A DNA stretch of 64,000 bases from an uncultured Verrucomicrobiae bacterium (GTDB lineage: Bacteria > Verrucomicrobiota > Verrucomicrobiia > Chthoniobacterales > UBA10450), in assembly GCA_963726745.1 (NCBI GenBank), contig CAVSDR010000002.1, positions 64,001-128,000 of the forward strand, given 5' to 3'. The notes under the pieces are model-generated. The model was not told the DNA's origin and searched no databases. It was given only the letters and a program-made list of their open reading frames with translations. Of this stretch, positions 30,661 through 41,581 are shown one piece after another. The translations under genes and the position numbers were made by a program. Position 1 is the stretch's first letter; each line of letters starts with the position of its first letter.

Positions 30661-31743
30661 TTAGTTCCGGAGGTATTCGAGGGCCGCGCCGCAGGCGACG
30701 TTGAGGGAGACGAATTCACTCGGAAGCGCCTGGCGCTTGGCCGCGGGCAGGGCGACTTCGCAAGTCTCGAGCGGGTCCCAGATTTCGCAGGGCAAGCCGA
30801 GTTCGTCGCTCATGCTTTGCAGGACCAGCTCAGTGCGGGCGAGGCCGCCGGAAACAAAGATGCGGTGAATGCTTTCCTCGCTCTGGCCTTCGAAGAAGCC
30901 GATCGAGTTGCGCACTTCGGTAGCGAGGCGGGCGAGGGAAGCGCGGCAGAGCCCGGCCAGGCCGGCATCGCCCTGTTCCAGGAGGACGTTGGCCGCGGCG
31001 GCATCCATCGCGCCATCGGCGGTGAGCATTTCCATGAGCGCTTTGCCGCCGTAATCAATGCTGCGCACGAGCACGAGCTCGCCCTTGTTGCCGATGAGGA
31101 CGGAGCTTTGCAGGTGGCCGAGGTCGAGCAGGAGGAAAGCGTCGTTCGTGAAGATCTGCGGGTAGGCGAACTCGAAAGCATTGAAGGAGCAGATCGGCGC
31201 GAGTTGGAGAACCTCCGCGGAGATGCGGCTCTTGGTGACCGCTTCGGTGATTTGCTTCACGCTCGGGCGGAGCATGCCGGCAACGAGATACTTCGTGGCT
31301 GTGAGCGTGGCGTATTGCACTGCGGTATTGCCCTCGCCGGCGCTGTCGCCGGAGACCGCGGGCGCGGTGGTCGAGGCGGCGGCGGAGAGCGGGGCGCAAT
31401 CGAGCACGAAGTTTTTGCAGTCCTGGTTCAGCATGGTCATGCCATTGAGCTGCAGGGCGCTGCGGAGAAGCTCCACGGGCGTCTCCGGCTGCTCGATGAT
31501 GCGGAGGAGCGCATCCGGGTCGGAAACGGCGAGCGCACAGGCTTTGCCGGAGCCGCCGAGTTCTTTAACCAGCGACTTCAACTCCTGCGCGAGGGCATCG
31601 GGATTGCTCAAGTCCTCGGGCACAGGGCGCGAGGCGTAGTTGGTGAGGACGAAACGTGCGTCGCCCTTTCGCTGCAAGAGGACGCCCTTGAAGGCGTGCT
31701 TGCCAAGGTCGATGCCGATAACGGAAGTGCCGCGCTTTGCCAT
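30661..31743 (-). CDS. pilM: PilM-like actin-fold pilus assembly protein
   Basis: IGIDLG, LLDLGH, RSIDYGG, EVRNSIGFF, IFVSGG, ACGAAL. Confidence 0.82.
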   Translation of the reverse strand: MAKRGTSVIGIDLGKHAFKGVLLQRKGDARFVLTNYASRPVPEDLSNPDALAQELKSLVKELGGSGKACALAVSDPDALLRIIEQPETPVELLRSALQLNGMTMLNQDCKNFVLDCAPLSAAASTTAPAVSGDSAGEGNTAVQYATLTATKYLVAGMLRPSVKQITEAVTKSRISAEVLQLAPICSFNAFEFAYPQIFTNDAFLLLDLGHLQSSVLIGNKGELVLVRSIDYGGKALMEMLTADGAMDAAAANVLLEQGDAGLAGLCRASLARLATEVRNSIGFFEGQSEESIHRIFVSGGLARTELVLQSMSDELGLPCEIWDPLETCEVALPAAKRQALPSEFVSLNVACGAALEYLRN

Positions 31744-31820
31744 GGTGGTGCCTTCCCTAAAGCGGGAAGCGTGCCGCCCACCGCGGTCGCCCGGAAAAAG
31801 CTCCCGCTGCCCGGGGAAAC

Positions 31821-33233
31821 CTAACCCTCCGCGCTCCGCCGATAGCCGAAGAACTCCCGCGCCTTGATGATCTCCGCGACCTCCCGCGGGACCATGTGTT
31901 CCCAGCCACCGTCGCCCTTCTGGATGCGCGCCAGGACTTCCGGCGGGTGAATCCGCAGATACTCCGGATTGAACTCCGAGACCTCCTGGATGAACTCGTT
32001 GTCGATCAGGTATTCGAAAAGCGCGCGCAGGTTCGGCGCGACCTCGATCTTCTTCGCCGTGATCAAGGCGCCGCTGGCGTCGTCGATCATCGGGTAGACG
32101 TAAAGCTTGAGCCCGCTCTTAAACATTCGCCCGAGCGCCTCAAGGATGCCGCCCTCGAGGTTCAGGTAATATTTCTCGTCGAAGATCTCGAGCAATGAGG
32201 GCACACCCATGACCAGGCCGATCATCTTGTTCGTGTAACGCGAGAGATAGGCCGCGAGCCGGTAGTATTCGCCAAACTTCGAGATCAAGACCGTGCGCCC
32301 GAGCGACCCCAGGATGTCGACCCGCGCGAGGAAATCGGCGTGGTTCAGTTGCCCTTCCGAGAGCAAATTTTCCAGCGTCATCTCCATGAGCACGATCGTC
32401 TCTTCCTCGGAATACTTGTGCTGCTCGAGGAAAACGCGGCGCGCGCCGTTGAGCATGTCGTTGGTCGCGTAGGTCACCGGGCGGAAGCTGCCGCGCTCCA
32501 CGATGATCGCTTTTTTGTAGAAGACTTCCGCCGGCTGCACCGTCTCGCCCTGCGGGTCGAACATGATCGCGTTCGTCAGGCCCTGGCTCACCAGCTGCAG
32601 GCTCATGAGGCGATTGTCCACCTGCGCATAGGCCGGGCCGGAAAACTTGATCATGTCCACCTGGATACGATTCTCCGCCAGGTTCTCCTGGAGCGAGGCG
32701 ATCAGCTTCTCCGGCTGCTGATGGTAGAACGCGCCGTAGACCAGGTTAACCCCGACGACGCCGAGCGCTTCCTGCTGGTCGACGTTGGCCTCGTCGAGCA
32801 TGCGCACGTGGACGATGATCTGGCTCGGTTCGCCGCGCGTTTCCGTCTGGAAACGCACCCCCAGCCAGCCGTGCGATTCATTGTGCTGCTTAAAACTCCG
32901 TGCGGCCACGGTGTCGGCAAAAACGAAGAAGGTTCGCTCGCTGCCGAGCTTTGCGTCCAGACGCTCGACCAGCAGATTGTATTCGTGGTCGAGCATGCGC
33001 GTGAGCCGTCCGCGGCTCACGTAGCGGTCGGCGGTCCCGTAGATCGCATCGCTGAAAGTCATGTCGTAGGCCGACATGGTTTTCGCGATCGTCCCGGCGG
33101 CGCCGCCCACGTGAAAGAAACGCCGTGCGACTTCCTGCCCCGCGCCGATCTCCGCGAAAGTCCCGTATTTCTTCAGGTCGAGATTGATCTGGAACGCCTT
33201 CTTGTTGGTTCCGACATCCATCTCCGCGTTCAT
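31821..33233 (-). CDS. Conserved cytoplasmic protein: CinA/PncC-like N-domain + nucleotidyltransferase-like C-domain
   Basis: YGTFAEIGAGQEVAR..GGAAGTIAKTMSAYD and ERGSFRPVT; no signal peptide or barrel; start at ATG 33233. Confidence 0.7.
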   Translation of the reverse strand: MNAEMDVGTNKKAFQINLDLKKYGTFAEIGAGQEVARRFFHVGGAAGTIAKTMSAYDMTFSDAIYGTADRYVSRGRLTRMLDHEYNLLVERLDAKLGSERTFFVFADTVAARSFKQHNESHGWLGVRFQTETRGEPSQIIVHVRMLDEANVDQQEALGVVGVNLVYGAFYHQQPEKLIASLQENLAENRIQVDMIKFSGPAYAQVDNRLMSLQLVSQGLTNAIMFDPQGETVQPAEVFYKKAIIVERGSFRPVTYATNDMLNGARRVFLEQHKYSEEETIVLMEMTLENLLSEGQLNHADFLARVDILGSLGRTVLISKFGEYYRLAAYLSRYTNKMIGLVMGVPSLLEIFDEKYYLNLEGGILEALGRMFKSGLKLYVYPMIDDASGALITAKKIEVAPNLRALFEYLIDNEFIQEVSEFNPEYLRIHPPEVLARIQKGDGGWEHMVPREVAEIIKAREFFGYRRSAEG

Positions 33234-33264
33234 AGGCGGACCATGCCGGACAACGCCGCGCTTC

Positions 33265-34316
33265 TCAACCGGCCGGCTCAGGAATCTCGATCGTGGCCGG
33301 CTCCTCCGGAATCGCGGCAGGAATTTCGAGCCCGAAACGCCGGGCCACTTCGGGCGCGTAACGCTGGAGATCGCGCCGGAGCCGCAGGAGCGCGAGATCC
33401 TTTGATTTCGCTTCCAGCATGACGTCAAACTCCAGGCCTGCGAGCGCGCGCATCATCGCGATGAACTCAAAGGGCTGGCAAAAATCCGCGTGCCCGGTCC
33501 AGACCGGCGGCTGGAGCACGAGCTTCGTCTTTCGGCTGCCGCGCACCTTGCGCTTGAGCAGACGCAGCTCCGTCCGGGGCGAGGAAAAGTGAAGTTTCGG
33601 CCGCACGCCGCGCGGCCAACTGCGGAGGAATTGCTCCACCGTCGGGCGCAGTTCGAGCTGCTCGGGGTTGAGGCAGCAGAAGTGTTGATGATCGAAGACG
33701 AGGGGCACGCCGCAGGCCTGGTGAATCCGCAAGACTTCCGCCGCGCTGTAGCGCAGATCGTCATTTTCCAAGACAAGTCGCTGTCTAATTTCCGGCGAAA
33801 GCCGGCGGTAGGTTTCAATCCAGCGTGCGCTGCCCGAGGCAACATCGCCATAGGTCCCACCGGCATGGACGATCAAGACCGCTTCAGGCCCCAACCCCAT
33901 CAGATCGAGCATGCGCGTCTGCGCCGTGAGATCAGCAATGCTCTTTTCCACCAACACCGGGTCCGGGCTGTTCAAGACGATGAACTGCGACGGATGAAAC
34001 GAGAGCCGCAGCCCGCTGCCGTCGCGCGCGCGCCCCGAGCGCGGCCAGTTCCTCCGCGCATTCCTCGATCATGCCGTGGAACTGCGGCATCTCCGGATGC
34101 GTCGCATACGGCGCGATGTCCGAAGACATCCGGTAGACCCGGATGGCGTTGGCCTCGAGGTAATCGAAGATCTTCGCCAGATAACCGAGCGAAACGCGCA
34201 GGTGCGGCTCCTTGTTGCCAGCGCCGGCTGTCGTTACTCTTCAGCCCGGGCGCGCCCAGCACTTTGACGGCGAAGCCAAGCTCGAGCGGCGCGGCGGCTT
34301 TGGCTTTTTTCGGCAA
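33265..34316 (-). CDS. uvsE: UV DNA damage endonuclease; +1 frameshifts near 34214 and 34022
   Basis: Joined frames give YRMSSD, RLSFHPSQFIVLNS, RLVLENDD, VFDHQH, KLHFSS, HADF, MLEAKSKD. Confidence 0.88.
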
Positions 34317-34319
34317 AAT

Positions 34320-35052
34320 CTAGAGACGCACGCGTTCCGCGCTCTCCGCCGGGATCCAGCCGCGGAGGTCGTTTGGCAAGCACGGCGTAACTCCAGCCGC
34401 CGCGGGTGCTCAGGATTTTCACTTCGCTTCCCGGCGGCAAAGTGAGAACCGTTCCGGCGCTTTCCGCCGTCGCCAGGCGCGCATCGACTTGCTTCCCCAC
34501 GATGATCGCCAGCCCGCGGCCGTTTGGCCCCTGCTCGAGTGCGTAGAGCCCGTAGCCCGCGCCCGCGAAAAGCGCGAGCCCAAGCAGGCAGCCCACGACC
34601 GCCAACGCCGAACGCCGGAAGAGAAACCAACCCGCAAGCGCGAAGACCGCGAGCCAAAAACCGAGCGCGGCCACACTCGCGAGCATCGTCGGCGAGGTCC
34701 GGGCGAGCGCTTGCTCCAGGCGATTCCCGCGCAGCTCCAGCGCGCGCGCTTTCTCGCGCACCAGGCGCAGATTCGCGACCGCTTCCGGTTGCTGCGGCTC
34801 GAGCGCGAGCGCGCGCTCGTAGTTCAAGATCGCCGCGCCCAATTCATTAAGCCGGTAATGGGCATTGCCGAGATTATAGAAGAGGGCCGCGCTGGTTTCG
34901 CCGGCTTCGACCAATTGGGTGTAACCCGAGACCGCGGCCCGGAAGTCGCCGGCCGCATATTTCGCATTCGCTTCCGCCCAGCGATCCTGCGCTTGGGCCT
35001 GGGAAGCGGCGAGAAAAAGGAGGCCAATGAAAATTAGCCAGCGACTTCTCAT
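34320..35052 (-). CDS. batE: BatE-like TPR + SH3 protein; +1 frameshift near 34378
   Basis: YNLGNAHYR..GAAILNYERAL, two TM helices, SH3-like end (LPPGSEVKI..GW...RGWIP after correction). Confidence 0.8.
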
Positions 35053-36915
35053 GACCGCAGTTCCTCCACCAGCGCGCGGATTTCTTCGCGTCGTTCGGCG
35101 GAGAGCTCCGCCCCGCCGTTGCGCCCACCGCTGTAGCGCAGCTCATCGCTTTCGGCGAACAAGCGCTGCAGCCGCATCCGTTGGTCCGCATTTGCCTGGA
35201 ACGCCTCCGCTGCCACCTCGGCATCCACCGCATCGGGATCGACCTCGCGCGCGAGCGCGGTCTTCAATTGCACCGCGCGCGCCGCGCTGGCGACATACTC
35301 GCGCGGGCTTTCGCCATTGCGCCGCAGCTTCCGCTGCAACTCCGCGGCTTCCTGCTGCAGCCGCGCGATGCGCTGCGCGGCGCGATTCCCGGCGCGAGCC
35401 TGGCGCATTTTCCAACCGACCAAGCCCGCGAGCGCGAGCAGCGGCAAAAGCTGCGCCGCCCAGAAGGCCGGACGTTGATAAATCGGCGTAAAACTCTCGG
35501 GATGCGCGGGACGCTCGGCCAGTTGGTAGAGGATGTCCTGCTCGGTTTTTGCCGGCGCGGGGATGGCTGGAGGTTGCTGGCTATTTGGCGACGCGGAAGC
35601 AACCGCGGGCGTGGGCGTGGAAAGGGGCGCGCCTTCGATCTGCAGCGGGATTGGGTCGCTCTTGAGCGCGACGTAAGTCTCCTTGATCGGGTCAAAGAAG
35701 GCAAAGCTGACCGGCGGCAGTTGCGTCTTCCGCTCCTTTGCGCTCAGCACGGTCTCAAACGTCTTGGTGCCGCTAATCCCGACGTCGTCGTCCTGCTTAA
35801 ACTTGTCGGAAGGCGGATAGCTGTGCCAACCCTCGTCATTCGTTAGGCTGGGCGCGGTCACGCGGTCGAAATTGCCGCGGCCATTGATCGTGGAGACGAC
35901 CGTGATCGGGTCGCCCACCTGCGCTTTCTTCGGATTGGCCTCGGTCTTGAGGCTGAAGTTGCCGACCGCGCCGGAGAATCCCGCGGGCGCGTTCGGAGGC
36001 AGCGCTTTCACTTCCAGGGTCGTGCCTTCGCTTTGCAGTTTCACCTCGCGCGGAATCGAAGGGGCGAAGGCCGGGATCGTTGAAAAATTGGTTAAAGAAA
36101 GGGTCGTCAAACATGTCGCGCGGGACCGCCGGATTCCGTCCGGGGCGGGCCACGCGCACCGTGGGATTGATCTCTGCCGGGCCGATCTCCAATTGTCCCG
36201 CGCGCACCGGCGAGATCGCGGTATTGAAGATGAAGACCTGGTAAGTGCGGCCGTTCACCGTCTCCATCGTCTGCCGCGGCTCGGTCATCTTTTGGGTGGT
36301 GAAGCCTTGTCCGGAAATTTGCACCCCGCTGCCTAACGACTCCACCGGCGCGCGCGTATTCAGCCCCACGCGCACCTGCACCGGGATCATCTCGCCGATG
36401 TAGGCGTTCTGCTTCGGCAGGATCATTTCCACGAAGCCGATCTGCGACGGATCGATCTTCACGTCGCGGCCGGCGTTGCTGTTCCCGCCGCCGCCGCGCG
36501 GGCCGCGCGAACTCTGCGCGCCCTGCGAATTAGCCACGTTTAAGGTCAGCTCCGGCGTCTGCAGAGTCTGGCCGCCGGCCTCCACTCGCTGCGGCGGGAT
36601 GCGGAAGGTGCCCGGTTTTAGGGGCATGATCGTGTAGCTAAAGGTGAAGCTGTAGCTCACGCTGAAATTCCGCATCTCATACTGCCGCGAAGTCCCGGCC
36701 GCGCGGATGTCGAGGCCGTCGATCGTGATCTCACCGGGCGGCCGGGGATTTGAGGTGCCGGTCACTTGAATCTGCAATTGCACCGGACGTCCGACGACCG
36801 TTTCGCTCTCGGTCAGGACCGCGGTCACACTCGGGTTTTCCGCCCGCGCCGGGGCGAGCCACGTCCAGCAGACGAGCGCGACCAAAAGCGGGATGCGGGT
36901 GCGAGTGAACATCAT
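35049..36915 (-). CDS. batD: BatD-like protein; +1 frameshift near 36074
   Basis: Signal peptide, repeated Ig-like domains, VKALP..FSGAVGNF, VSFAFFDP, C-terminal TM. Confidence 0.82.
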
Positions 36916-36957
36916 CTTCTCATCAACTATCAACGCGGCGGCATCAACTCAGCCGGC

Positions 36958-39105
36958 CTACCAGTCCTTATAGACACGGCGTACCGCCTTGCGTTCATCG
37001 AGCTGCACGCGGGCTTCCTCGTCTTTCATCGAACGGAGCAAGCGCTCGGCTTGTTGGGCGTTCATCGTGCCCTCTTCGGTCGGTTCGGCTTCGGCGGCTG
37101 ACTCTTCCTTCGGCGGTTCCTTCGGTTGCTCTTCGCCCGCGCCTTTTACGTCGCCGCTCGGCTTTTTGTCCGGGGTCCCGGAAGGCGTCGCGGTCGGAGT
37201 GGGCTGCTCGCCGCCCTCGCCATTCTCGCCTTCGCCAGGTGACGGCGTGGGCGAGGCGCCCTGCTGATCTTGGCCCGGAGAAGGCGAGGGGCTGGCGCCA
37301 TTTTCGCCTGGGCTGGGGCTGGGCGACGCGCCGCTTTCGCCGGGGGATGGCGAAGGTGAAGGCGTCGGCTGATTTTCGCCGGGGCTGGGAGAAGGCGACG
37401 GGCTGGGCGATTGGCCCGGTTGGTTTTGTTGCGGCTGTTTTTGATCCTGCCCTTCGCCAGATTGGTCCTTTTGCTCCTGCTGCTTCTCTTTGTCCTGATC
37501 CTGCTTTTGCTGATCCTGCGGCTGCTGCTTCTGGTCCTTGTTTTTGTCGTCTTTCTTCTGGTCTTTGGGCGAGGGAGAAGGGGAGGGCGACGGAGTGGGC
37601 GTGGGCGTGGGCGTCGGCTTTTGTTCCTCTTCCCGCTTCAGCTCTTCGATCTTCTTTTTGACGTAGTCGCGATTCTCCTGCGCTTCCTTGTTCTCGGGCT
37701 GGAGCTTCAGGGTCTGCTCGTAATGCTCGAGGGCGCCGGTCCAATCCTTCAGCTTCGACTCCGGCGTTTTCTGGCCTTCGCCACGCTGGTAAAGCGTGTT
37801 TCCGAGGTTGTAATGACTCTGGCCTTGGAGCTGCAGATCCTTCGAAAGCAACGCCTGGCTAAAGGACTCAAGCGCCTTCCCGTAATCCTTCAATTTGTAA
37901 GCCGCCGCGCCGGCATCGAAGTGCAGCTTGTCGGCCGCGTGCGAATCCGGATGCGCCTCGAGCGTTTGCTGAAAGCGCTGGAGCGCCTCCTGATATTTCT
38001 CGTCGCGATATTCGTCGAGGCCAGGCGCCGCGGCCTGCGCGCCCTGCGCAAAAATAAGCAGCAAGATGGCGCCCGCGAGCGCGCGCTTCGGCTCGCGAGC
38101 GGTCGCGCGCACCGGCCGGCGTTCGCTGATCAAGAGCGACGCCATGAGCGCGAGAATCGCGGCGCCGAGCGGCCATTGATAGCGCTCGATCGGCTGGCGC
38201 GAAGCGCGCGCATCGATCTCCGCCGCCTGCATGTGCGCCAGTCCTTCGTCGTAGAGCCGGCGCATCGTCGCCGGGCCATGCGCCAGCGGTAGGTAAATGC
38301 CGCCGGTCGCTTCCGCGATTTCGCGCAGCCGCTTTTCGTCGAGTTTCGACTTCACCACCTGGCCGCCTTGGTCCTTCACAAACGCAGTCCCGTTCGTCGC
38401 CTGCAGGGGAATCAACGAGCCTTCCGGCGTGCCTACGCCGATTGTGAAAATGCGCACGCCGGCGTCGGCCGCGGCCTTCGCGACCTTGGCGGAATCGCCC
38501 GCAAGCTCCTCGCCATCGGTGAAGACGATCAAGGCGCGATTGCCCACGGCGGATTTGCCGAAGGTCTGGACCGCGAGATCGATCGCCGCGGAGATGTTGG
38601 TCCCGCCTTCCGGGATGATGTTGGTGTCTAATTCAGTCACGGCCTCGGCCGCGGCGCCGTAGTCGATCGTGAGCGGCGCTTGCAGAAACGCGCGCCCGGC
38701 AAACGCGATCAAGCCGACGCGGTCGCCGCGCAGTTCGCCCATCAGATCCTGCACCGCCAGCTTCACCTGCGTGAGGCGATTCGGCGGCACGTCGTTCGCC
38801 AGCATGCTGCGCGAAGTATCGACCGCCACGAGCAGGTCGAGCCCTTTGCGCTTCACCTCCTCGTAGCTGTAGCCGTAGCGCGGCTTGGCCAGACTAACGA
38901 GTGCCAGGCCGATCCCCAGGAGCAACAAGCCGAAGCGGAAAAGCCGGCGTCCGCGGCTGACGGTCGCCCCGAGTTCGCCGAGCAGACGCGGCGAAACAAA
39001 TTGCCGCAAACGCGCCGCGCTGCGCGCTTCTGCCTGCCAGAAGAGGAGCGCGAGCACCGGCAGCAGCAGCAAGCTCCAAAGCCAGAGAGGTGCGCCGAAG
39101 CTCAT
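36958..39105 (-). CDS. BatB-BatC fusion: vWA domain + TPR + low-complexity tail
   Basis: DTSRSM MIDAS motif, FTDGE, YNLGNTLY TPRs, ends AERLL...YKDW. Confidence 0.85.
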   Translation of the reverse strand: MSFGAPLWLWSLLLLPVLALLFWQAEARSAARLRQFVSPRLLGELGATVSRGRRLFRFGLLLLGIGLALVSLAKPRYGYSYEEVKRKGLDLLVAVDTSRSMLANDVPPNRLTQVKLAVQDLMGELRGDRVGLIAFAGRAFLQAPLTIDYGAAAEAVTELDTNIIPEGGTNISAAIDLAVQTFGKSAVGNRALIVFTDGEELAGDSAKVAKAAADAGVRIFTIGVGTPEGSLIPLQATNGTAFVKDQGGQVVKSKLDEKRLREIAEATGGIYLPLAHGPATMRRLYDEGLAHMQAAEIDARASRQPIERYQWPLGAAILALMASLLISERRPVRATAREPKRALAGAILLLIFAQGAQAAAPGLDEYRDEKYQEALQRFQQTLEAHPDSHAADKLHFDAGAAAYKLKDYGKALESFSQALLSKDLQLQGQSHYNLGNTLYQRGEGQKTPESKLKDWTGALEHYEQTLKLQPENKEAQENRDYVKKKIEELKREEEQKPTPTPTPTPSPSPSPSPKDQKKDDKNKDQKQQPQDQQKQDQDKEKQQEQKDQSGEGQDQKQPQQNQPGQSPSPSPSPSPGENQPTPSPSPSPGESGASPSPSPGENGASPSPSPGQDQQGASPTPSPGEGENGEGGEQPTPTATPSGTPDKKPSGDVKGAGEEQPKEPPKEESAAEAEPTEEGTMNAQQAERLLRSMKDEEARVQLDERKAVRRVYKDW
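37170..37620 (-). repeat. Coding low-complexity repeats (PT/PS dipeptides, Q/K/D-rich stretch, about five PSPSPG(E/Q) units)
   Basis: Translation PTPTPTPTPSPSPSPSP...QSPSPSPSPSPGE, SPSPSPGE repeated; DNA such as GGGCGTGGGCGTGGGCGT. Confidence 0.8.
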
Positions 39106-40166
39106 GGCAATTTTTTCCAGATGGTTTGCCCGAGGAGCATCTGTGCAATTAACAGACCGCAGCCCGCGGCGATGCACGCCGGGAAGAGATCGCGATACTC
39201 CTGATATTTGTGCACGCTCACAGTCGACTTCTCGAGCTGGTCGATCTCGCGATAAATTTTCTCGAGCGATTCGGTGTCGGTCGCGCGGTAGAACTTCCCA
39301 TCCGCGATCTGCGCGACCTCCTTCAGGCCCTCCTCGTTGAAATGTACCGGCTGGTTCTGGTAGAGGAGATTGCCGCCGAGATCGGTCAGGAAGCCGCCGC
39401 GCCGATCGGGCACCGGCGCAGGCGCGACGCCGTTGATCCCCGCGCCGATGGCGTAGAAGTGAACCTTGAGCGCCTTGAGCGCTTCCGCCGCGGTCTTCGG
39501 CGGGATTTTGCCGGCATTATTCTCGCCATCAGTCAGCAAGACGAGCACGTGGCTCTTGGACTTTTTGTCGTTCAAACGGCTCGCGGCCGCGGCAATCCCG
39601 GAGCCGATCGCGGTGCCATCTTCGACCAGGCCAATCCGGAGACGGTCGAGGTTTTTCATCAGCCAATCGTGATCCAGGGTCATCGGACTAACGACATAAG
39701 GCCGGCCGGCGAAAGCGATCAGGCCGATGCGATCGTTCGGCCGCGCCTCGATGAATTTCCGCGTCACTTCGCGCACCGCGTCCACCCGCGTCGCCGGATC
39801 GCCGCCGACGGTGAAATCCTTGATCAACATCGAGCCCGAGACGTCGATCGCGAGCATGATGTCGATCCCGCTGGCTTCGACTTGCGTGAGGCTTTTGCCG
39901 AGGCGCGGACGAGCGAGCGCGATGATGAAGCAGGCCAGGCTAACGAACAGCAGCGCGCGCAAAAACTTGCCCGCGCGGCTGGTGCTGCGCTTGCCGAGCC
40001 CGCGCAAGATCGTGGTCGACGAAAAGACGAGCGCCGCGGCCGGGCCACGCTGTCCGCGCAGGTAAGCGAGCAAGGGCAACGTGAGCAACAGCAGCAAGAG
40101 CCACGGCTGCGCGAAGGTCAGGCCGCTGTCCTGCGGCCACCAGGCGCGCCAATCAGGCAGCCGCAA
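39102..40166 (-). CDS. batA: BatA-like vWA protein
   Basis: N-terminal FAQPWLLLLL, DVSGSM, DGTAIG, LLTDGENNAG, IYREIDQLEK. Confidence 0.88.
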   Translation of the reverse strand: MRLPDWRAWWPQDSGLTFAQPWLLLLLLTLPLLAYLRGQRGPAAALVFSSTTILRGLGKRSTSRAGKFLRALLFVSLACFIIALARPRLGKSLTQVEASGIDIMLAIDVSGSMLIKDFTVGGDPATRVDAVREVTRKFIEARPNDRIGLIAFAGRPYVVSPMTLDHDWLMKNLDRLRIGLVEDGTAIGSGIAAAASRLNDKKSKSHVLVLLTDGENNAGKIPPKTAAEALKALKVHFYAIGAGINGVAPAPVPDRRGGFLTDLGGNLLYQNQPVHFNEEGLKEVAQIADGKFYRATDTESLEKIYREIDQLEKSTVSVHKYQEYRDLFPACIAAGCGLLIAQMLLGQTIWKKLP

Positions 40167-40653
40167 GTTGGCCTCCCTTCACGAAACGCATCGCCTCATC
40201 GAGCAAGAGTTCGCTGTCGGCGGTGGTCGCGTCGTAGCGCGCGAACTTGATCAAGTCGCAGCGGTTCAGGAAATCGCCCAGCAGCTCGCGCTCGCCGTCA
40301 TTGAAAGTCCGCGCCTTCGAGATTGCCTCGAGAAATTCCACCGAGGTCTGGCGGGTGATCGGCAGGGCGTATTCCTCGACGACGTAGCGCCGCAGGATAT
40401 CCGAAACGCGGATGCTGAACTCATACGGCGTCTCGCGGGCGATCTCCGGTCGCGCCGCTTCCAGCAACTCGAGCGCGCGCACTCGCGGCGGGCGCGGTGG
40501 AACCGGTTTGCGCTTTCGGCGCAGGAAGGCCCAGACGAGCAACCCGAGAATCGTTAGGCCAACGAAAGCGCCGGCAAACACGACCCACGGCGGCAGGAGC
40601 GAATACTCCACCGGCGGCGCGATATCGTGAAATTCCTGGGCGAGGATGAACAT
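40153..40653 (-). CDS. DUF4381-like membrane protein of the bat operon
   Basis: DIAPP, TM helix, SDILRRYV, TSVEFL, CDLIKFA. Confidence 0.7.
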   Translation of the reverse strand: MFILAQEFHDIAPPVEYSLLPPWVVFAGAFVGLTILGLLVWAFLRRKRKPVPPRPPRVRALELLEAARPEIARETPYEFSIRVSDILRRYVVEEYALPITRQTSVEFLEAISKARTFNDGERELLGDFLNRCDLIKFARYDATTADSELLLDEAMRFVKGGQLAAA

Positions 40654-40668
40654 CTTGCTGGCTAAATT

Positions 40669-41581
40669 TTAGCGGATCGCGAGGCGGCGTTCGCGTTGCT
40701 TGAAGAAAGCGCGCAAGCCCGGGAGGTAATCCTCGCCGGTCTGGAGCGCGATCGTGTCGATGTTGTTCCGGCGCAGGGTGCGCTTCAGATCGGCCGCCTG
40801 CGCTTCGGCTAATTCCGCAGAAATGCCGGCGGAGCGAGCGGTCGCCGGTGTTGATCTCGATCTGCTCGCCGGTCTCGGCGTCCTCGAGCGTGATGATCCC
40901 GATATCAGGCAGCACTTTCTCGCGCTCGTCCTGCACATGGAGCGCGATGAAATCGTGCCGCCGGCCGGTGATCGCGAGCTCGCGCGAGAAGTCGCCCGCC
41001 TGGAAGTCGGAGACGAAAAACACGACCGCGCGACGCGTTTGCACTTTGTTCAAGTATCGCAGCGCCAGCGCCGGATCGGTCCCGCGGCTTTGCGGTTCGA
41101 AGAAGAGAATTTCGCGGATCAAACGGAGCGTGTGCGAGCGGCCTTTCTTCGCCGGGATGTAGAGCTCCACCTGGTCGGTGAAGAGGAGCAGCCCGACCTT
41201 GTCGTTATTCCGGATGGCGCTGAAGGCGAGCAGGCAGGCCACTTCCGCCGCGAGTTCGCGCTTCGATTGCGAGACGCTGCCAAAACTGCCGGAGGCGCTC
41301 ACGTCGACCACGAGCATGACTGTGAGCTCGCGCTCTTCGGTGAACTTTTTCACAAAGGGCACGCCGAGGCGCGCGGTCACATTCCAATCGATCGCGCGAA
41401 TCTCGTCGCCCGGCTGATACTCGCGGACTTCGTCGAAATTCATCCCGCGCCCCTTGAAGACGCTGTGATAATCCCCCGCAAAAACCGTCTGCACCAACCC
41501 GCGGGTCTTGATCTCGAGCGCGCGGATTTTGGCGAGGATTTCGGCGGGCGTCTGCTGGCCTGCGGCGTCGCCGTTTTTCAT
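40669..41581 (-). CDS. DUF58 domain protein; +1 frameshift near 40819
   Basis: YHSVFKGRGMNFDEVREYQPGDEIRAIDWNVTAR, DVSAS, SDF, EDAETGE. Confidence 0.9.

Noticed and set aside
31821..33233. TonB-dependent receptor label that I recall being attached to this family
   Set aside because: No signal peptide, no amphipathic barrel strands, no terminal Phe, and it is too short.
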